Shown: positions 38,648 through 48,678 of the stretch, piece after piece | Numbering within the stretch: the first letter of the stretch is position 1 | Layout of the letters: every line of letters begins with the position of its first letter | Source of the DNA: Methyloceanibacter sp. | GTDB taxonomy: Bacteria; Pseudomonadota; Alphaproteobacteria; Rhizobiales; Methyloligellaceae | Length of the DNA: 64,000 nt | Direction of reading: 5' to 3' | Assembly (NCBI GenBank): GCA_040901485.1 | Contig: JBBDYM010000038.1 | Coordinates: forward strand, 17,491 to 81,490 | The notes under the pieces: model-generated | Told to the model about the DNA's origin: nothing | Database searches by the model: none | Seen by the model: the letters and a program-made list of their open reading frames with translations, nothing else | Translations under genes and position numbers: made by a program

Positions 38648-39949
38648 ATGACATCCAAGTTTGCAATTAGCGCGCTCAACCGCCGCGTCTTTCTCTCAAC
38701 GACCGCCGCCGCCACCCTAATGGCCGGTGTTTCCTTTCCTAAAATTACTTTTGCTACCGAAAAGGTTGTGAAAATCGGCTTCCTCGCCCCGCTGACCGGT
38801 GAGGTCGCGGCCTGGGGCAAGCCCGGGCTCGATGGCTGCCGCATCTGGGCCGATTGGATCAATGCCGATGGCGGCATCAAAATCGGCGATGACGCCTACA
38901 AGGTCGAGTTCGTCGCCTATGACGACGAATACGACCCCGGTAAGGCGCGCACCGGCGCCGTCAAGCTCATCAAGGAAGACGATGTCAAGTTCGTCATGAT
39001 GCTCGGCGGCGATCCTTGGCCTGGCGTTTCGCCGGTGTCGGACAAGGAGAAGATGTTGTTCTCCACGCTCCTGCCGAGCGATCTGACGCCTGAGACCAAG
39101 TTGCTCGTCGCGCCCTGCGAAGTGCATCCGATCTACAACGTCACCGGCGTCGAGTGGCTGGCGGAGAACAAGCCGGACCTGAAGACCGCGGTTATCGTCG
39201 CCCAGGACGACTCCCTCGGCAAACCGTCCGTCGCGACCTATCTCGCGGCGTTCGAGGCGGCGGGGATCAAGGTCTTGGGCGATCCGATCTTCTTCGATCC
39301 GGCGACCACCGACTTCGCGCCGATCATGTCGAAGATGCTCGCGCTTAAGCCGGACATCATCTGCCTCGACACCTGCTACGCCGACTACGTGCACCCTCTC
39401 ACCGAGCAGGCTTTTCAGCAGGGCTTCAAGGGTCAGATGATCTCGTGCACGGCCGACTTCTACCAGAAGATGATCGAGAAGACCTCCAAGGAGTTCATGG
39501 AGGGCTTCATCTTCCAGTTCCCGGATTTCGACGACCCAGCGCTTAACGAGCCTCACGTCAATTTCAAGAAGCCCAACGAGTTCTATGCCGAATACGTGAA
39601 GCGTTTTGGCGAGGGCGAATGGAGCGCCGTGTCATGGGAATATGCATCGATCATGGACCTATGGGCCGATGCAGCGACAAAGGCCGGGACCACCGCGCCG
39701 GAGGCGGTGCTCAAGGCCATGCAGGAAGGTGGCAAGGGCAAGCAGGCCTTCGGCGAGGCCGTGTGGTGGGGCAAGGAGCTGTTCGGCATCGACAATGCGC
39801 TGGTCGGCGTCTGGCCGGTGGTCGTGATCGAGGACGGCAAAGCCAAGATCAAGCAGTTCAAGTCCATCCCCGACTGGTGGAACAAGCACAGCGCTTTGAT
39901 GATCAAACACATGGAAGCGCTCAAGCAGATGTACTACCAGCGCACCTAA
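38648..39949 (+). CDS. ABC transporter substrate-binding protein (LivJ/Leu-Ile-Val-binding family), Tat-exported
   Basis: NRRVFL twin-Arg signal; KIGFLAPLTGEVAAWG, INADGGI and YDDEYDP; ATG 38648 after GGAGGG. Confidence 0.88.
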   Translation: MTSKFAISALNRRVFLSTTAAATLMAGVSFPKITFATEKVVKIGFLAPLTGEVAAWGKPGLDGCRIWADWINADGGIKIGDDAYKVEFVAYDDEYDPGKARTGAVKLIKEDDVKFVMMLGGDPWPGVSPVSDKEKMLFSTLLPSDLTPETKLLVAPCEVHPIYNVTGVEWLAENKPDLKTAVIVAQDDSLGKPSVATYLAAFEAAGIKVLGDPIFFDPATTDFAPIMSKMLALKPDIICLDTCYADYVHPLTEQAFQQGFKGQMISCTADFYQKMIEKTSKEFMEGFIFQFPDFDDPALNEPHVNFKKPNEFYAEYVKRFGEGEWSAVSWEYASIMDLWADAATKAGTTAPEAVLKAMQEGGKGKQAFGEAVWWGKELFGIDNALVGVWPVVVIEDGKAKIKQFKSIPDWWNKHSALMIKHMEALKQMYYQRT

Positions 39950-40052
39950 GCGCTTCCCAAGTTAAAGCGTGGCCTCGCGCCGCGCTTCACGCTGGCCTGC
40001 CGGCACGAGCGTGCTATAGCATTCGAAGCTGGGCGCACGCGCGGAGCTTGCG

Positions 40053-40925
40053 ATGACCGTTGAGCTGTTCCTGCAGACCGTTGTGAACGCGAGCTATGCG
40101 GCGAGCTACATGGCCCTTATAGCCGTCGGTCTGGTGCTCATCTTCGGCGTGATGGGTGTGATCAATTTCGCCCATGGCGAGCTCTACATGGCCGGCGCCT
40201 ATGCCGTGGTCGCGCTTTACGCCGGTGCGGGTTTTCCCTTCTTTGCCGCCGTGGCGATCGGGCTCGTCTTTGTTGGCTTGCTCGGGCTTTTGATGGAATA
40301 CGGGTTGTTCAGGCCGCTCCGCGAAAACCCTCTCGGCGGCCTCATCGCCTCGATCGGGTTCCTCCTGATCCTGCAGACGATCGCCGTGCTTGGTTTCGGC
40401 GTTCGCATGAAGAATGTGCCGCCGTCCACGCAGGAGAAGATCGTCTTCGAGAACGGCGTGGTCCTCACCTATCAACGGCTTTACGTGATCGTCGCCGCGA
40501 TCGTTCTGCTTTCGGCGCTCTGGCTGTTCCTGCGCAAGACCAAGTTCGGATGGGCCTTGCGCGCTTGCGCGCAGGATCGCGAGGCGGCGGCGCTACAGGG
40601 CATTTCAATCAACCAGACGGCGCGGCTCGCCATGTTCATCGGCGCGGCCCTTGCCGGCGTCGCTGGCGCGCTGACCGCCCCGCTCGTCTCGCCCACGCCC
40701 TTCATGGGGCATACCGTCATCATCACCGCCTTCATCATCATCATCGTCGGCGGCATCGGTTCGCTGGAAGGCGCCGTGCTCGTGGCTATTCTCTATGCCT
40801 TCGTGAACACCTTCGTGACCACGATCTATGACGGCACGATTGCCAATATTGTCGGTCTCCTGCTTATGCTCGCCGTGCTGATCGTGAAGCCGACTGGATT
40901 GTTCGGAGCCAAGGAACGTGCCTGA
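40053..40925 (+). CDS. ABC permease, LivH-like
   Basis: ALIAVGLVLIFGVMGVINFAHGE, FGWALRACAQD and VGGIGSLEGA. Confidence 0.92.
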   Translation: MTVELFLQTVVNASYAASYMALIAVGLVLIFGVMGVINFAHGELYMAGAYAVVALYAGAGFPFFAAVAIGLVFVGLLGLLMEYGLFRPLRENPLGGLIASIGFLLILQTIAVLGFGVRMKNVPPSTQEKIVFENGVVLTYQRLYVIVAAIVLLSALWLFLRKTKFGWALRACAQDREAAALQGISINQTARLAMFIGAALAGVAGALTAPLVSPTPFMGHTVIITAFIIIIVGGIGSLEGAVLVAILYAFVNTFVTTIYDGTIANIVGLLLMLAVLIVKPTGLFGAKERA

Positions 40926-41955
40926 GCGAACCGCGCGCAACGGGCTCGGTTGGGCGCTTGGATCGATCCTGCTGCTCGCCGCGCTGATCGCGCTGCCGCA
41001 TCTGCTGTCCCACTCGCAGCAGGAAATCCTCGTCCTTCTCACCATCAATGTCCTGCTGGTGTCGAGCTATAGGCTCCTGACCCTGACCGGCGAATGGTCG
41101 CTCGCCCATGTCGTGATCATGGGCATCGGCGCCTACGCGTCGGCGCTCATCTCCAAGCAGTTGGGCCTGCCCGTTCCGGTGTCGATGCTGCTCGGGGCCT
41201 CCACGGCGGCCTTGTTCGCCTTCCTGCTCAGCTTCCCGCTTCTGCGCATGAAGGGCTTCTACTTTCTGATCGGCTCCTTCGCTGCTGGCGAGATCATCAG
41301 GCTGGTCTGGAAATGGAGCGAGATGACCTGGCTGTTCGGCGGACCGAAAGGCATCAAGCTCATCCCCCCGTTCCCTGACATCGAGTTGCTGTCGCTGTCC
41401 GTCGATTTCTACGATCCGGTGAACTACTACTATCTCTGCCTGATCGTGGTGACGCTCTCGCTCTTCATCCTCTATCGCATCGAGCGTTCCCGCATTGGAC
41501 TCACCTTCCATGCCATTCACTGGCAGGACAAGCTTGCCCAATCGGTCGGCGTGAACACGTTCCGCTACCGCATGCTCGCCTTCGTTATCTCGGCCTTCTT
41601 CGCGGGGCTCGCTGGCGCGCTCTACGCGCATTATATCGGCACGGTGAACCCTAACCGGTTCAGCGTGGAGGATATGGTTTATGTGCTGATCTGGGCGATT
41701 GTCGGGGGAACCGCGACCTTTTACGGCCCGATCCTCGGCGTGATCGCTCTCACGGTGCTGAACGAGGTGGTGCTCCGCGCGCTCGACATCGACCAGATGC
41801 GGCCGATGCTCTACGGCGCGATCCTGATCGTCTCCATCCTGTTCCTGCCGAAGGGGCTGGAGAGCCTGGGCCCCAAGATCAAAGCCTGGTTGGCCGGACG
41901 CAAGGGCAAGCGCACGGCGGAACGTCCCTCGGAGGCAGAGCTGCTGGCGGAATAG
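40918..41955 (+). CDS. ABC permease, LivM-like
   Basis: TGEWSLAH, GIGAYASA, LRMKGFYF, SAFFAGLAGAL, VGGTATFYGP and LFLPKGL. Confidence 0.92.
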   Translation: MPERTARNGLGWALGSILLLAALIALPHLLSHSQQEILVLLTINVLLVSSYRLLTLTGEWSLAHVVIMGIGAYASALISKQLGLPVPVSMLLGASTAALFAFLLSFPLLRMKGFYFLIGSFAAGEIIRLVWKWSEMTWLFGGPKGIKLIPPFPDIELLSLSVDFYDPVNYYYLCLIVVTLSLFILYRIERSRIGLTFHAIHWQDKLAQSVGVNTFRYRMLAFVISAFFAGLAGALYAHYIGTVNPNRFSVEDMVYVLIWAIVGGTATFYGPILGVIALTVLNEVVLRALDIDQMRPMLYGAILIVSILFLPKGLESLGPKIKAWLAGRKGKRTAERPSEAELLAE

Positions 41956-41964
41956 TGCAAGATC

Positions 41965-42561
41965 TCACTTTTTGACTTCTGGCTGGGGCGCCAGAAGCAG
42001 GAACGCCGCCGCCATCAGCTTGCGCGTATCGTTAAGCATGGCCGGACGCTCGCGCCGCCAGTGCTTCATCGCGTCTGCCGCGGACGGGCAGGCCGCGTTA
42101 TTGAAGGCGTTCAGCGCTTCAAGCCGCATCGTTGCCTCGGCGGCGATCTCCTGCCACCGCTGCTGCCACCGAGCCCTGTAAGTGTCGCGATGGCGCGCCT
42201 CCATGCGCATGTGAAACAGCGAGCTCCGTGCCACCCGCGGCGCATCCATGCGGGCGATCCACGGCGCTGAGCGCCGCCATACGTCGATCGCCTCGCGGAA
42301 CAAGAACGCATTTTCTTCGCCGTGGTTCGATAAAGAGAGGCACAGGCCGTAATTGGCGAGGCTCGTGCCGAGGCGGGGGTCGATGGGCTCGAAATCGGCG
42401 CGCGCGATCTGCAACGCTTGCCCCGCCACGTCCTTGGCCAGTAAATAGTTTTGTTGCGCGACGGCCTCGGCCGTCCGCTCAGCCGCCGCCTCCCAGGCAA
42501 GATCGGCTTCGCTCCATCCCGCGTTGAGGAGCTCCTGCGCGCTCCAGGTTTCAGCCGCCAA
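41965..42561 (-). CDS. Hypothetical helical / TPR-like protein coupled to the ABC ATPases
   Basis: Start overlaps the LivF-like stop; DPRLGTSLANYG resembles TPR repeats; ARSSLFHMRME segment. Confidence 0.65.
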   Translation of the reverse strand: MAAETWSAQELLNAGWSEADLAWEAAAERTAEAVAQQNYLLAKDVAGQALQIARADFEPIDPRLGTSLANYGLCLSLSNHGEENAFLFREAIDVWRRSAPWIARMDAPRVARSSLFHMRMEARHRDTYRARWQQRWQEIAAEATMRLEALNAFNNAACPSAADAMKHWRRERPAMLNDTRKLMAAAFLLLAPQPEVKK

Positions 42562-43258
42562 GATAGGCCCGCTTCACATGCTCGTTGTCATGTAGTTCGT
42601 GCGCTGGCCCTTGCAGCGCGATGCTTCCGGTCTCGAGCACATAGGCGTAGCGCGCCAGTTTAAGCGCCAGTTCGGCATTCTGCTCGACCAGTACGACGGG
42701 GACGCCCCGCGCGACGATATCGCGAATGATGCGCGCCATCTCCTGCACCATGACCGGTGACAATCCCATCGAGGGCTCGTCGAGAATGAGCATTCTCGGC
42801 CGGGACATGAGAGCCCTGCCGATGGCGAGCATCTGCTGCTCGCCCCCCGACAGGGACCGCGCCCATTGTTTGCGGCGCTCCTTGAGGCGCGGAAAATGCT
42901 GGAATACCTCGTCGAGATCCTTGTCGATCCCTGCTCTGTCGGACCGCAGGAATGCCCCGGTACGCAGATTCTCTTCGACCGTCAGGTCGGGAAAGACGCG
43001 GCGGCCTTCGGGGACGTGCGCGATGCCGCGAGTCACGATCTTCTCCGGCGGCAGTCTGTCGATGTGCTCGCCCGCGAATATGATCTCGCCCTTGCTGATG
43101 CGTGCCAGCCCGGAAATGGCGCGCAAGGTGGTACTCTTGCCAGCGCCGTTGGCGCCGATGATGGTGACGATACCGTCCTCGGGCACTTCCATGTTGATGC
43201 CCTTAAGGGCCGCCACCTTGTGGTAGTGGACGTGGACGTTGTTGATCTCAAGCAGCAT
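42551..43258 (-). CDS. ABC ATPase, LivF-like
   Basis: GANGAGKST, HVPEGRRVF, LSGGEQQML, LDEPSMGL and VEQN. Confidence 0.95.
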   Translation of the reverse strand: MLLEINNVHVHYHKVAALKGINMEVPEDGIVTIIGANGAGKSTTLRAISGLARISKGEIIFAGEHIDRLPPEKIVTRGIAHVPEGRRVFPDLTVEENLRTGAFLRSDRAGIDKDLDEVFQHFPRLKERRKQWARSLSGGEQQMLAIGRALMSRPRMLILDEPSMGLSPVMVQEMARIIRDIVARGVPVVLVEQNAELALKLARYAYVLETGSIALQGPAHELHDNEHVKRAYLGG

Positions 43259-44048
43259 CGACCGCGCTTCCCAGATAAGCTTCGATAACGGCGGGGTTGG
43301 TGCGCACCTCCTCGGGCGTTCCTTCTGCCAGGAGCGTGCCGAAATTCATCACCGTGATGGTTTCGCATAAGCCCATAACCGCCTGCATGTCATGCTCGAT
43401 CAGCATGATGGTCACGCCATGCTCGTCGCGTACGAGCCGGACGAGCTCAATCATCCGCCTGGTCTCCTCCGGGTTCATGCCGGTGAAGGGCTCGTCGAGC
43501 AGCATGAGCTTAGGGTCGGCGGCAAGCGCCACCGCCATGCCAAGCGCGCGCTGATGGCCGTGGGGCAGGTTGGCGGCAAGCTCGTCCGCCTGATCCTGTA
43601 GGCCGAAGAGCTCCAGAATGTCGCGCGCCTTGCGGTCGGCGGCCGCTTCCGTCGTCCGGTCGCGGCCGAGAATGCGCTTGACGAGACCCGCCTTGGCGCT
43701 GCGGTGACAGCCGAGCCTGACATTGTCGAGCACGCTGAGCTCATGGAACAGGGTCGTGCCCTGAAAGGTGCGGATCAGTCCAAGCTCGGCAAGCGCGCTG
43801 GTCGCACGTCCCGAGACGTCCTCGCCGAGATAGATGACCTGGCCGCTTGACGGCGCGTAGAAGCCGCTAATGACGTTGAAGGTCGTGGTCTTGCCGGCAC
43901 CATTCGGACCGATCAAGCCATGAATCGAGCCGGGATAGACATCGAGGCTGAACGCATTGACGGCGACGATGCCGCCAAAGGCTCGAACCAGCTCGCGCAC
44001 ATGGAGGATAGGTGGCTTGGTTGACGTCATCGTCGTGTTCAGCATCAT
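43248..44048 (-). CDS. ABC ATPase, LivG-like
   Basis: GPNGAGKTT, RTFQ, LPHGHQR, LDEP, IEHDM and VIEAYLG. Confidence 0.94.
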   Translation of the reverse strand: MMLNTTMTSTKPPILHVRELVRAFGGIVAVNAFSLDVYPGSIHGLIGPNGAGKTTTFNVISGFYAPSSGQVIYLGEDVSGRATSALAELGLIRTFQGTTLFHELSVLDNVRLGCHRSAKAGLVKRILGRDRTTEAAADRKARDILELFGLQDQADELAANLPHGHQRALGMAVALAADPKLMLLDEPFTGMNPEETRRMIELVRLVRDEHGVTIMLIEHDMQAVMGLCETITVMNFGTLLAEGTPEEVRTNPAVIEAYLGSAVDAA

Positions 44049-44160
44049 TCAAATCGACGAACGCGGCTTGATACCATGGCAAAACGGTGTGCCATCTTCC
44101 ATGTTTCTCGCTCCACGCGCATCCTCTAATTTCCTGTGCTGGGTCAAAGCACCACACGTG

Positions 44161-44619
44161 TCACTCTGCGGCGCGCTTCTGTTGCCAGCTGGCGCGGGCG
44201 CTCTCGTCGTCCGGCTCGGCCTCGACCCAATGACTGCCGTGAGGGCCGGTCTCTTGCTTCCACAACGGGGCGCTGGTCTTGAGATAGTCCATCAAGAAGC
44301 GCGCGGCGTCGAAGGCAGCGTCGCGATGCTCGGACGCCGTCACCACCAGTACGATGTTGTCGCCAGGCCGTAAGGTGCCGGTGCGATGTACGATCAGGCT
44401 CGCCTGCAACGGCCAGCGCGCGTTCGCCTGGGCCTCGAGGCGCGTAAGCTCGCGCTCGGTCATGCCGGGATAATGTTCGAGCGTCATCTCGGTGATGGCG
44501 CCTGCTTGGTCGCGCACCGTGCCGGTGAAGGTGACGATGGCGCCGATATCGCTGCGTCCCGCTTTTAGGCGAGCGATCTCGGCGGCGACATCAAAATCCT
44601 CCTGCTGGACGCGGATCAC
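44161..44619 (-). CDS. moaE: Molybdopterin synthase catalytic subunit
   Basis: GAIVTFTGTVR, LEHYPGM, HRTG and MDYLKTSAPLWK. Confidence 0.95.
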   Translation of the reverse strand: MIRVQQEDFDVAAEIARLKAGRSDIGAIVTFTGTVRDQAGAITEMTLEHYPGMTERELTRLEAQANARWPLQASLIVHRTGTLRPGDNIVLVVTASEHRDAAFDAARFLMDYLKTSAPLWKQETGPHGSHWVEAEPDDESARASWQQKRAAE

Positions 44620-44620
44620 G

Positions 44621-44872
44621 CTAGCCTCCGGTCACCGGCGGGAAGAAGGCAATCTCGCGCGCGGCTCCAATCCGCGCGTCGTGGCGCACATGGTTCTGGT
44701 CGATGGCGGCGCGGATCACCTCGGCGCGCTCGAAGGCATGCGCGAACTCCGGCCCGCGCGTCTTGAGCCAGCCGATCACCTCGCCCACGGTCGCGACGCC
44801 CGCCGGCAGCTCGACATCTTCCGCGGCGATGCCGGTCTTCTCCTTGACCCAGGCGAAATAGAGGAGCCGCAT
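44621..44872 (-). CDS. moaD: Molybdopterin synthase sulfur carrier subunit
   Basis: MRLLYFAWVKE...EIAFFPPVTGG with C-terminal GG; start 44872. Confidence 0.95.
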   Translation of the reverse strand: MRLLYFAWVKEKTGIAAEDVELPAGVATVGEVIGWLKTRGPEFAHAFERAEVIRAAIDQNHVRHDARIGAAREIAFFPPVTGG

Positions 44873-44874
44873 GG

Positions 44875-45489
44875 TTAGCCGTCCTCCTCGGTCATCACAT
44901 GACGCCAGGCGGCGCGAAGGTGATCCCAGCCGGTATAAAGCGTGAGGATGGCGGCGATCCACAACAGCGTCAGGCCGAACTGCGTGGTGTAAGGCCAAAT
45001 CTTGTCGCCCGCGCTGCCGGCGAGCAGGAATCCGATGGCCACCATCTGCAACACCGTCTTCCATTTGGTGAGCTTGGTCACCGGCATGCTGACGGCGAGC
45101 GTGCCGAGAAACTCGCGCAGGCCCGAGACCAAAATCTCGCGGCAGAGGATGATCACACCGGCCCAGAGAGACCAGCCGGCGATGGTGCCGTCGGCGGCCA
45201 GCATCATCAGCGCCGCCGATACGATCAACTTGTCGGCGACCGGATCGAGCATGCGGCCGATCTTGCTTTGCTGCTGCCAGGCCCGCGCCAGATAGCCGTC
45301 GAGGAAATCGCTGACCCCCGCGGCGATGAAGATCCACATCGCGGCCCAGCGCCCCCAATCGCCGGTGACGAAGAAGCAGGCGACGAGAGCGGGAATGGCA
45401 AGGATGCGGCCGAAGGTGAGCACGTTCGGCAGGCTGAAGAAGCTTCTGCCTGAAACCGGCGTCGCGGCGGTCAAACCCTGATCGGCCAT
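44875..45489 (-). CDS. pgsA: CDP-diacylglycerol--glycerol-3-phosphate 3-phosphatidyltransferase
   Basis: LPNVLT, DFLDGYLAR, GRMLDPVADK, REILVSGLRE and KWKT; follows uvrC. Confidence 0.95.
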   Translation of the reverse strand: MADQGLTAATPVSGRSFFSLPNVLTFGRILAIPALVACFFVTGDWGRWAAMWIFIAAGVSDFLDGYLARAWQQQSKIGRMLDPVADKLIVSAALMMLAADGTIAGWSLWAGVIILCREILVSGLREFLGTLAVSMPVTKLTKWKTVLQMVAIGFLLAGSAGDKIWPYTTQFGLTLLWIAAILTLYTGWDHLRAAWRHVMTEEDG

Positions 45490-45513
45490 GTCGGTGCGCT
45501 CGTTCAAATCAAA

Positions 45514-47421
45514 TCACCCATGGAAATGATCATAGATGGTCTTGGCCATTTGCGCGCTGATGCCTCCAACGCCCTCGAGATCGGCGATGCCGGCGCGGCT
45601 CACCGCCTTGGCCGAGCCGAAATGCTTGAGCAGCGCCCGTTTGCGCGACGGCCCGATACCCGGCACCTCGTCGAGCGGCGAGGCGGTGATGGCCTTCTTG
45701 CGCCGCGCCCGATGGGCGCCGATGGCGAATCGGTGCGCCTCGTCCCTGAGCCTTTGAATGCAGTAGAGCACCGGGTCGCGCGGGTCCAGCAGCAAGGGCT
45801 CGCGATCCTTGAGATGAATGCGTTCGCGCCCGGCGTTGCGGTCGGGCCCCTTGGCCACGGCCGCGACCTTGATCTCGGGAAGGCCAAGCTCGTCCAGGAT
45901 CTCGCTGGCGACGGAGAGCTGGCCCGGCCCCCCGTCGATCAGCACGAGATCGGGCGCGGCCCAGCCTTTCGGCTCGGCCTTGGCCTTGGCGAGTTTCTTG
46001 AAGCGCCGTGTCAGCATCTCGCGCATCATGGCGTAGTCGTCGCCGGGGGCAAGGTCCTCGCTCTTCATGTTGAACTTGCGGTATTGCGCCTTGATGAAGC
46101 CCTCCGGTCCGGCGACGATCATGGCGCCGACCGGATTGGTGCCGGAGATATGGCTGTTGTCGTAGATCTCGACGCGCTCGGGCGCCTCGTCGAGATCGAA
46201 CAGCTCGGCGAGTCGGGCGAAGATCGCGGCCTGCGAGGACGACTCGGCCAGACGCCGCGCCAACGCCTCGCGCGCATTGACCAAAGCATGCTCCACCAGC
46301 TCGCGCTTCTCGCCGCGCTGCGGCACGCTCACATCGATCTTGTGCCCGGCCTTCAGCGACAAAGCTTCGGCGAGAAGACGGCGGCTTTCGATATTGTGCG
46401 AGAGCAGCACGAGCTTCGGCGGCGGCTTGTCGTCGTAGAACTGGGCGATAAACGATTCGAGCACCTCCTCCACCCCGAGGCTCTTGTCGGCGCGCGGGAA
46501 ATAGGCGCGGTTGCCCCAATTATTGCCGGTGCGGAAGAAGAATACCTGGATGCAGGTCTGCCCCGCCTCCTGGTGCGCGGCGAACACGTTGGCCTCCTTC
46601 ACGCTTTGCGGGTTGATGCCCTGGCGCGACTGGATGTGGCTGAACGCGGTCAGCCGGTCGCGAAAGCTTGCCGCCCGTTCGTAGTCCTGCTTGAGGCTCG
46701 CCTCGTCCATGAGCTTATGCAGGCGGCGCTTCACCTCGTCGCTCTCGCCGCGCAGGAAGCGCAACGCCTCGTCAACCAGCGCGTCATAATCCTCGATCGA
46801 GATCTCGCCGGTGCAAGGCGCGCTGCATCTCTTGATCTGGAACAGCAGGCAGGGCCGCACGCGGCTCTCGTAATAAGCGTCGGAGCAGGAGCGCAGCAGA
46901 AAGGCGCGCTGCAGCGTGTTGATGGTGCGCGACACCGCGCCGGCCGAGGCGAACGGCCCGAAATAATCGCCCGCGCGGCTCCGTGCCCCGCGATGCTTGA
47001 GGATTTGCGGCACGGGATGGTCGCGCGCGATCAGGATGAAGGGGAAGGACTTGTCGTCCCGAAGCACCACGTTGAAGCGGGGCTTCAGCCGCTTGATCAG
47101 ATTGGCCTCGAGCAGCAGCGCCTCGATCTCGGTCGCGGTGGTGACGAACTCCATGCTCGCGGTGTCGGCGATCATGCGCACGATGCGGTTGTTGTGCGCG
47201 CCCGACCGCGCATAGCTCTGCACGCGCTTCTTGAGATGCCGCGCCTTGCCGACATAGAGCACCTCGCCGTCCGCATCGATCATGCGGTAGACGCCCGGTC
47301 CCGGGGGCGCCGTCTTGGCATAACGGCCGATCACCGGCGCGCCGGTCTCGACGCCGTGCAACAATTCGCGCGCGCGGGAGACGAGCGAGGCAGAGGCGCT
47401 GTCGGGGTTCTCTAACGGCAT
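45514..47421 (-). CDS. uvrC: Excinuclease ABC subunit C
   Basis: GIY-YIG (PGVYRM...YVGKA), [30 protein letters not shown] and HhH. Confidence 0.98.
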   Translation of the reverse strand: MPLENPDSASASLVSRARELLHGVETGAPVIGRYAKTAPPGPGVYRMIDADGEVLYVGKARHLKKRVQSYARSGAHNNRIVRMIADTASMEFVTTATEIEALLLEANLIKRLKPRFNVVLRDDKSFPFILIARDHPVPQILKHRGARSRAGDYFGPFASAGAVSRTINTLQRAFLLRSCSDAYYESRVRPCLLFQIKRCSAPCTGEISIEDYDALVDEALRFLRGESDEVKRRLHKLMDEASLKQDYERAASFRDRLTAFSHIQSRQGINPQSVKEANVFAAHQEAGQTCIQVFFFRTGNNWGNRAYFPRADKSLGVEEVLESFIAQFYDDKPPPKLVLLSHNIESRRLLAEALSLKAGHKIDVSVPQRGEKRELVEHALVNAREALARRLAESSSQAAIFARLAELFDLDEAPERVEIYDNSHISGTNPVGAMIVAGPEGFIKAQYRKFNMKSEDLAPGDDYAMMREMLTRRFKKLAKAKAEPKGWAAPDLVLIDGGPGQLSVASEILDELGLPEIKVAAVAKGPDRNAGRERIHLKDREPLLLDPRDPVLYCIQRLRDEAHRFAIGAHRARRKKAITASPLDEVPGIGPSRKRALLKHFGSAKAVSRAGIADLEGVGGISAQMAKTIYDHFHG

Positions 47422-47498
47422 GGGATCACGATTTTAGCGCAAGATGCCAACGCATCGCGCCTTATGAGGGCAAAGGTAAGGTCTAGGTGCGGGCCGGT

Positions 47499-48254
47499 TC
47501 AAGGGCTTGGGGGCCGCCACACCAAATGCTGGCCCGAATCGAGCGCGATCATCTGGCCGGTGACGGAGGGCGCGTCGAGCAGGAAGCGGATGGCGGAAGT
47601 GACCTCGTCGACACCAACGCCACGCTGCAGCAGGGTCGAGCGGCATTCCTCGGCGAAGTCGGCCTCGCTCTGCTTATGGCTTGGCAGCACTGGCCCCGGC
47701 GCGATGGCGTTGACCCTGATTCGCGGCGCCAGCGACTGGGCCAGCACCTGAGTCGCGGTCCACAGCGCCGATTTGGCGACAGTGTAGGAGAAGAATTCGG
47801 GGTCGGGACGCAACACCTTCTGATCGATGAGATTGATCACGTGGCCCTGCGCGCCCTCCGGCAGGAGCCTGGCGAAGGCCTGGGCGAGAAAGACCGGCGC
47901 GCGCAGATTAACGTCGAGATGCATCTGCCAGCTCCTGGCATCCAGGGTTGCGGCGGAATCCCACTCGAAGCAGGCGGCATTGTTGATGAGGCAGGACGGG
48001 CCCCCAAGCGCCTTGGCGCAGGCCTCCATCAGAGGGGCGAGGTCGTCCAGCCGGGCCAAATCGGCGGGAAAGGCCGCCGCCCGGCGGCCTAAGTGCTTGA
48101 TTTCGGCGACCAGATCCAAGGCCTCCGCCTTCGAGGCCTGATAATGCACCCCGACTCGCCAGCCCCTACGGGCGAAATCGAGGGCGATGGCGCGGCCTAG
48201 CCGGCGTCCCGCACCGGTCACGAGCACGGTCGCGGATTGCGCTTTATTGGCCAT
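47499..48254 (-). CDS. SDR oxidoreductase (pteridine reductase/FolM-like)
   Basis: TGAGRRLG, INNA, YTVAK and VNAIAPG; usual neighbour of uvrC in Alphaproteobacteria. Confidence 0.85.
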   Translation of the reverse strand: MANKAQSATVLVTGAGRRLGRAIALDFARRGWRVGVHYQASKAEALDLVAEIKHLGRRAAAFPADLARLDDLAPLMEACAKALGGPSCLINNAACFEWDSAATLDARSWQMHLDVNLRAPVFLAQAFARLLPEGAQGHVINLIDQKVLRPDPEFFSYTVAKSALWTATQVLAQSLAPRIRVNAIAPGPVLPSHKQSEADFAEECRSTLLQRGVGVDEVTSAIRFLLDAPSVTGQMIALDSGQHLVWRPPSP

Positions 48255-48422
48255 GTTTGCTTTGCGGGAGCGTTCGTCGAATCGGCGGCGTCAAGCGAAT
48301 TCTTGACTGTCCAGAGCAACTCTAGGCGAGCGCCAGTGCCGGAACAAGGCCAAGCGGATGATGCCGCCGGTGCGGCGGAACCGGGCGGACAGGCCCAGGA
48401 GCCGCCTTCTAGTTTAGGCAAA

Positions 48423-48552
48423 TGCACTCCCTCTGTGCAGGTTTGGGGGTGCCAATAGGCGATGAGCCCAATGTGGCATCAAAACCCGTTGACCATTGCA
48501 GAATAGTCACACAGCCCAAGTTGTTTTCGGAAAATCGGGCTTTTTCGTTGCT
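48423..48552 (+). promoter_or_regulatory. Possible NtrC site plus weak sigma54 promoter upstream of the porin gene
   Basis: TGCAC-N7-GTGCA at 48423-48439; GG-N10-GC (GGGCTTTTTCGTTGCT) at 48537-48552. Confidence 0.35.
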
Positions 48553-48678
48553 TCAGCAGGGCCGGGGATTATTGTCATGAGCACGGGGGACGTTGCACCG
48601 CAAGCAGACGATTCGGGGGCGGGGTGGCATCCTAAAAATTTCGATCGCAGGGACAGCGACAAATCAGGAGACTGAGAA

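Noticed and set aside
45520-47415. 631-aa ORF antisense to uvrC, and similar long antisense ORFs (e.g. 52629..54020, 56023..57468, 57526..59640)
   Set aside because: Expected stop-poor shadows of high-GC coding strands; no recognisable motifs.
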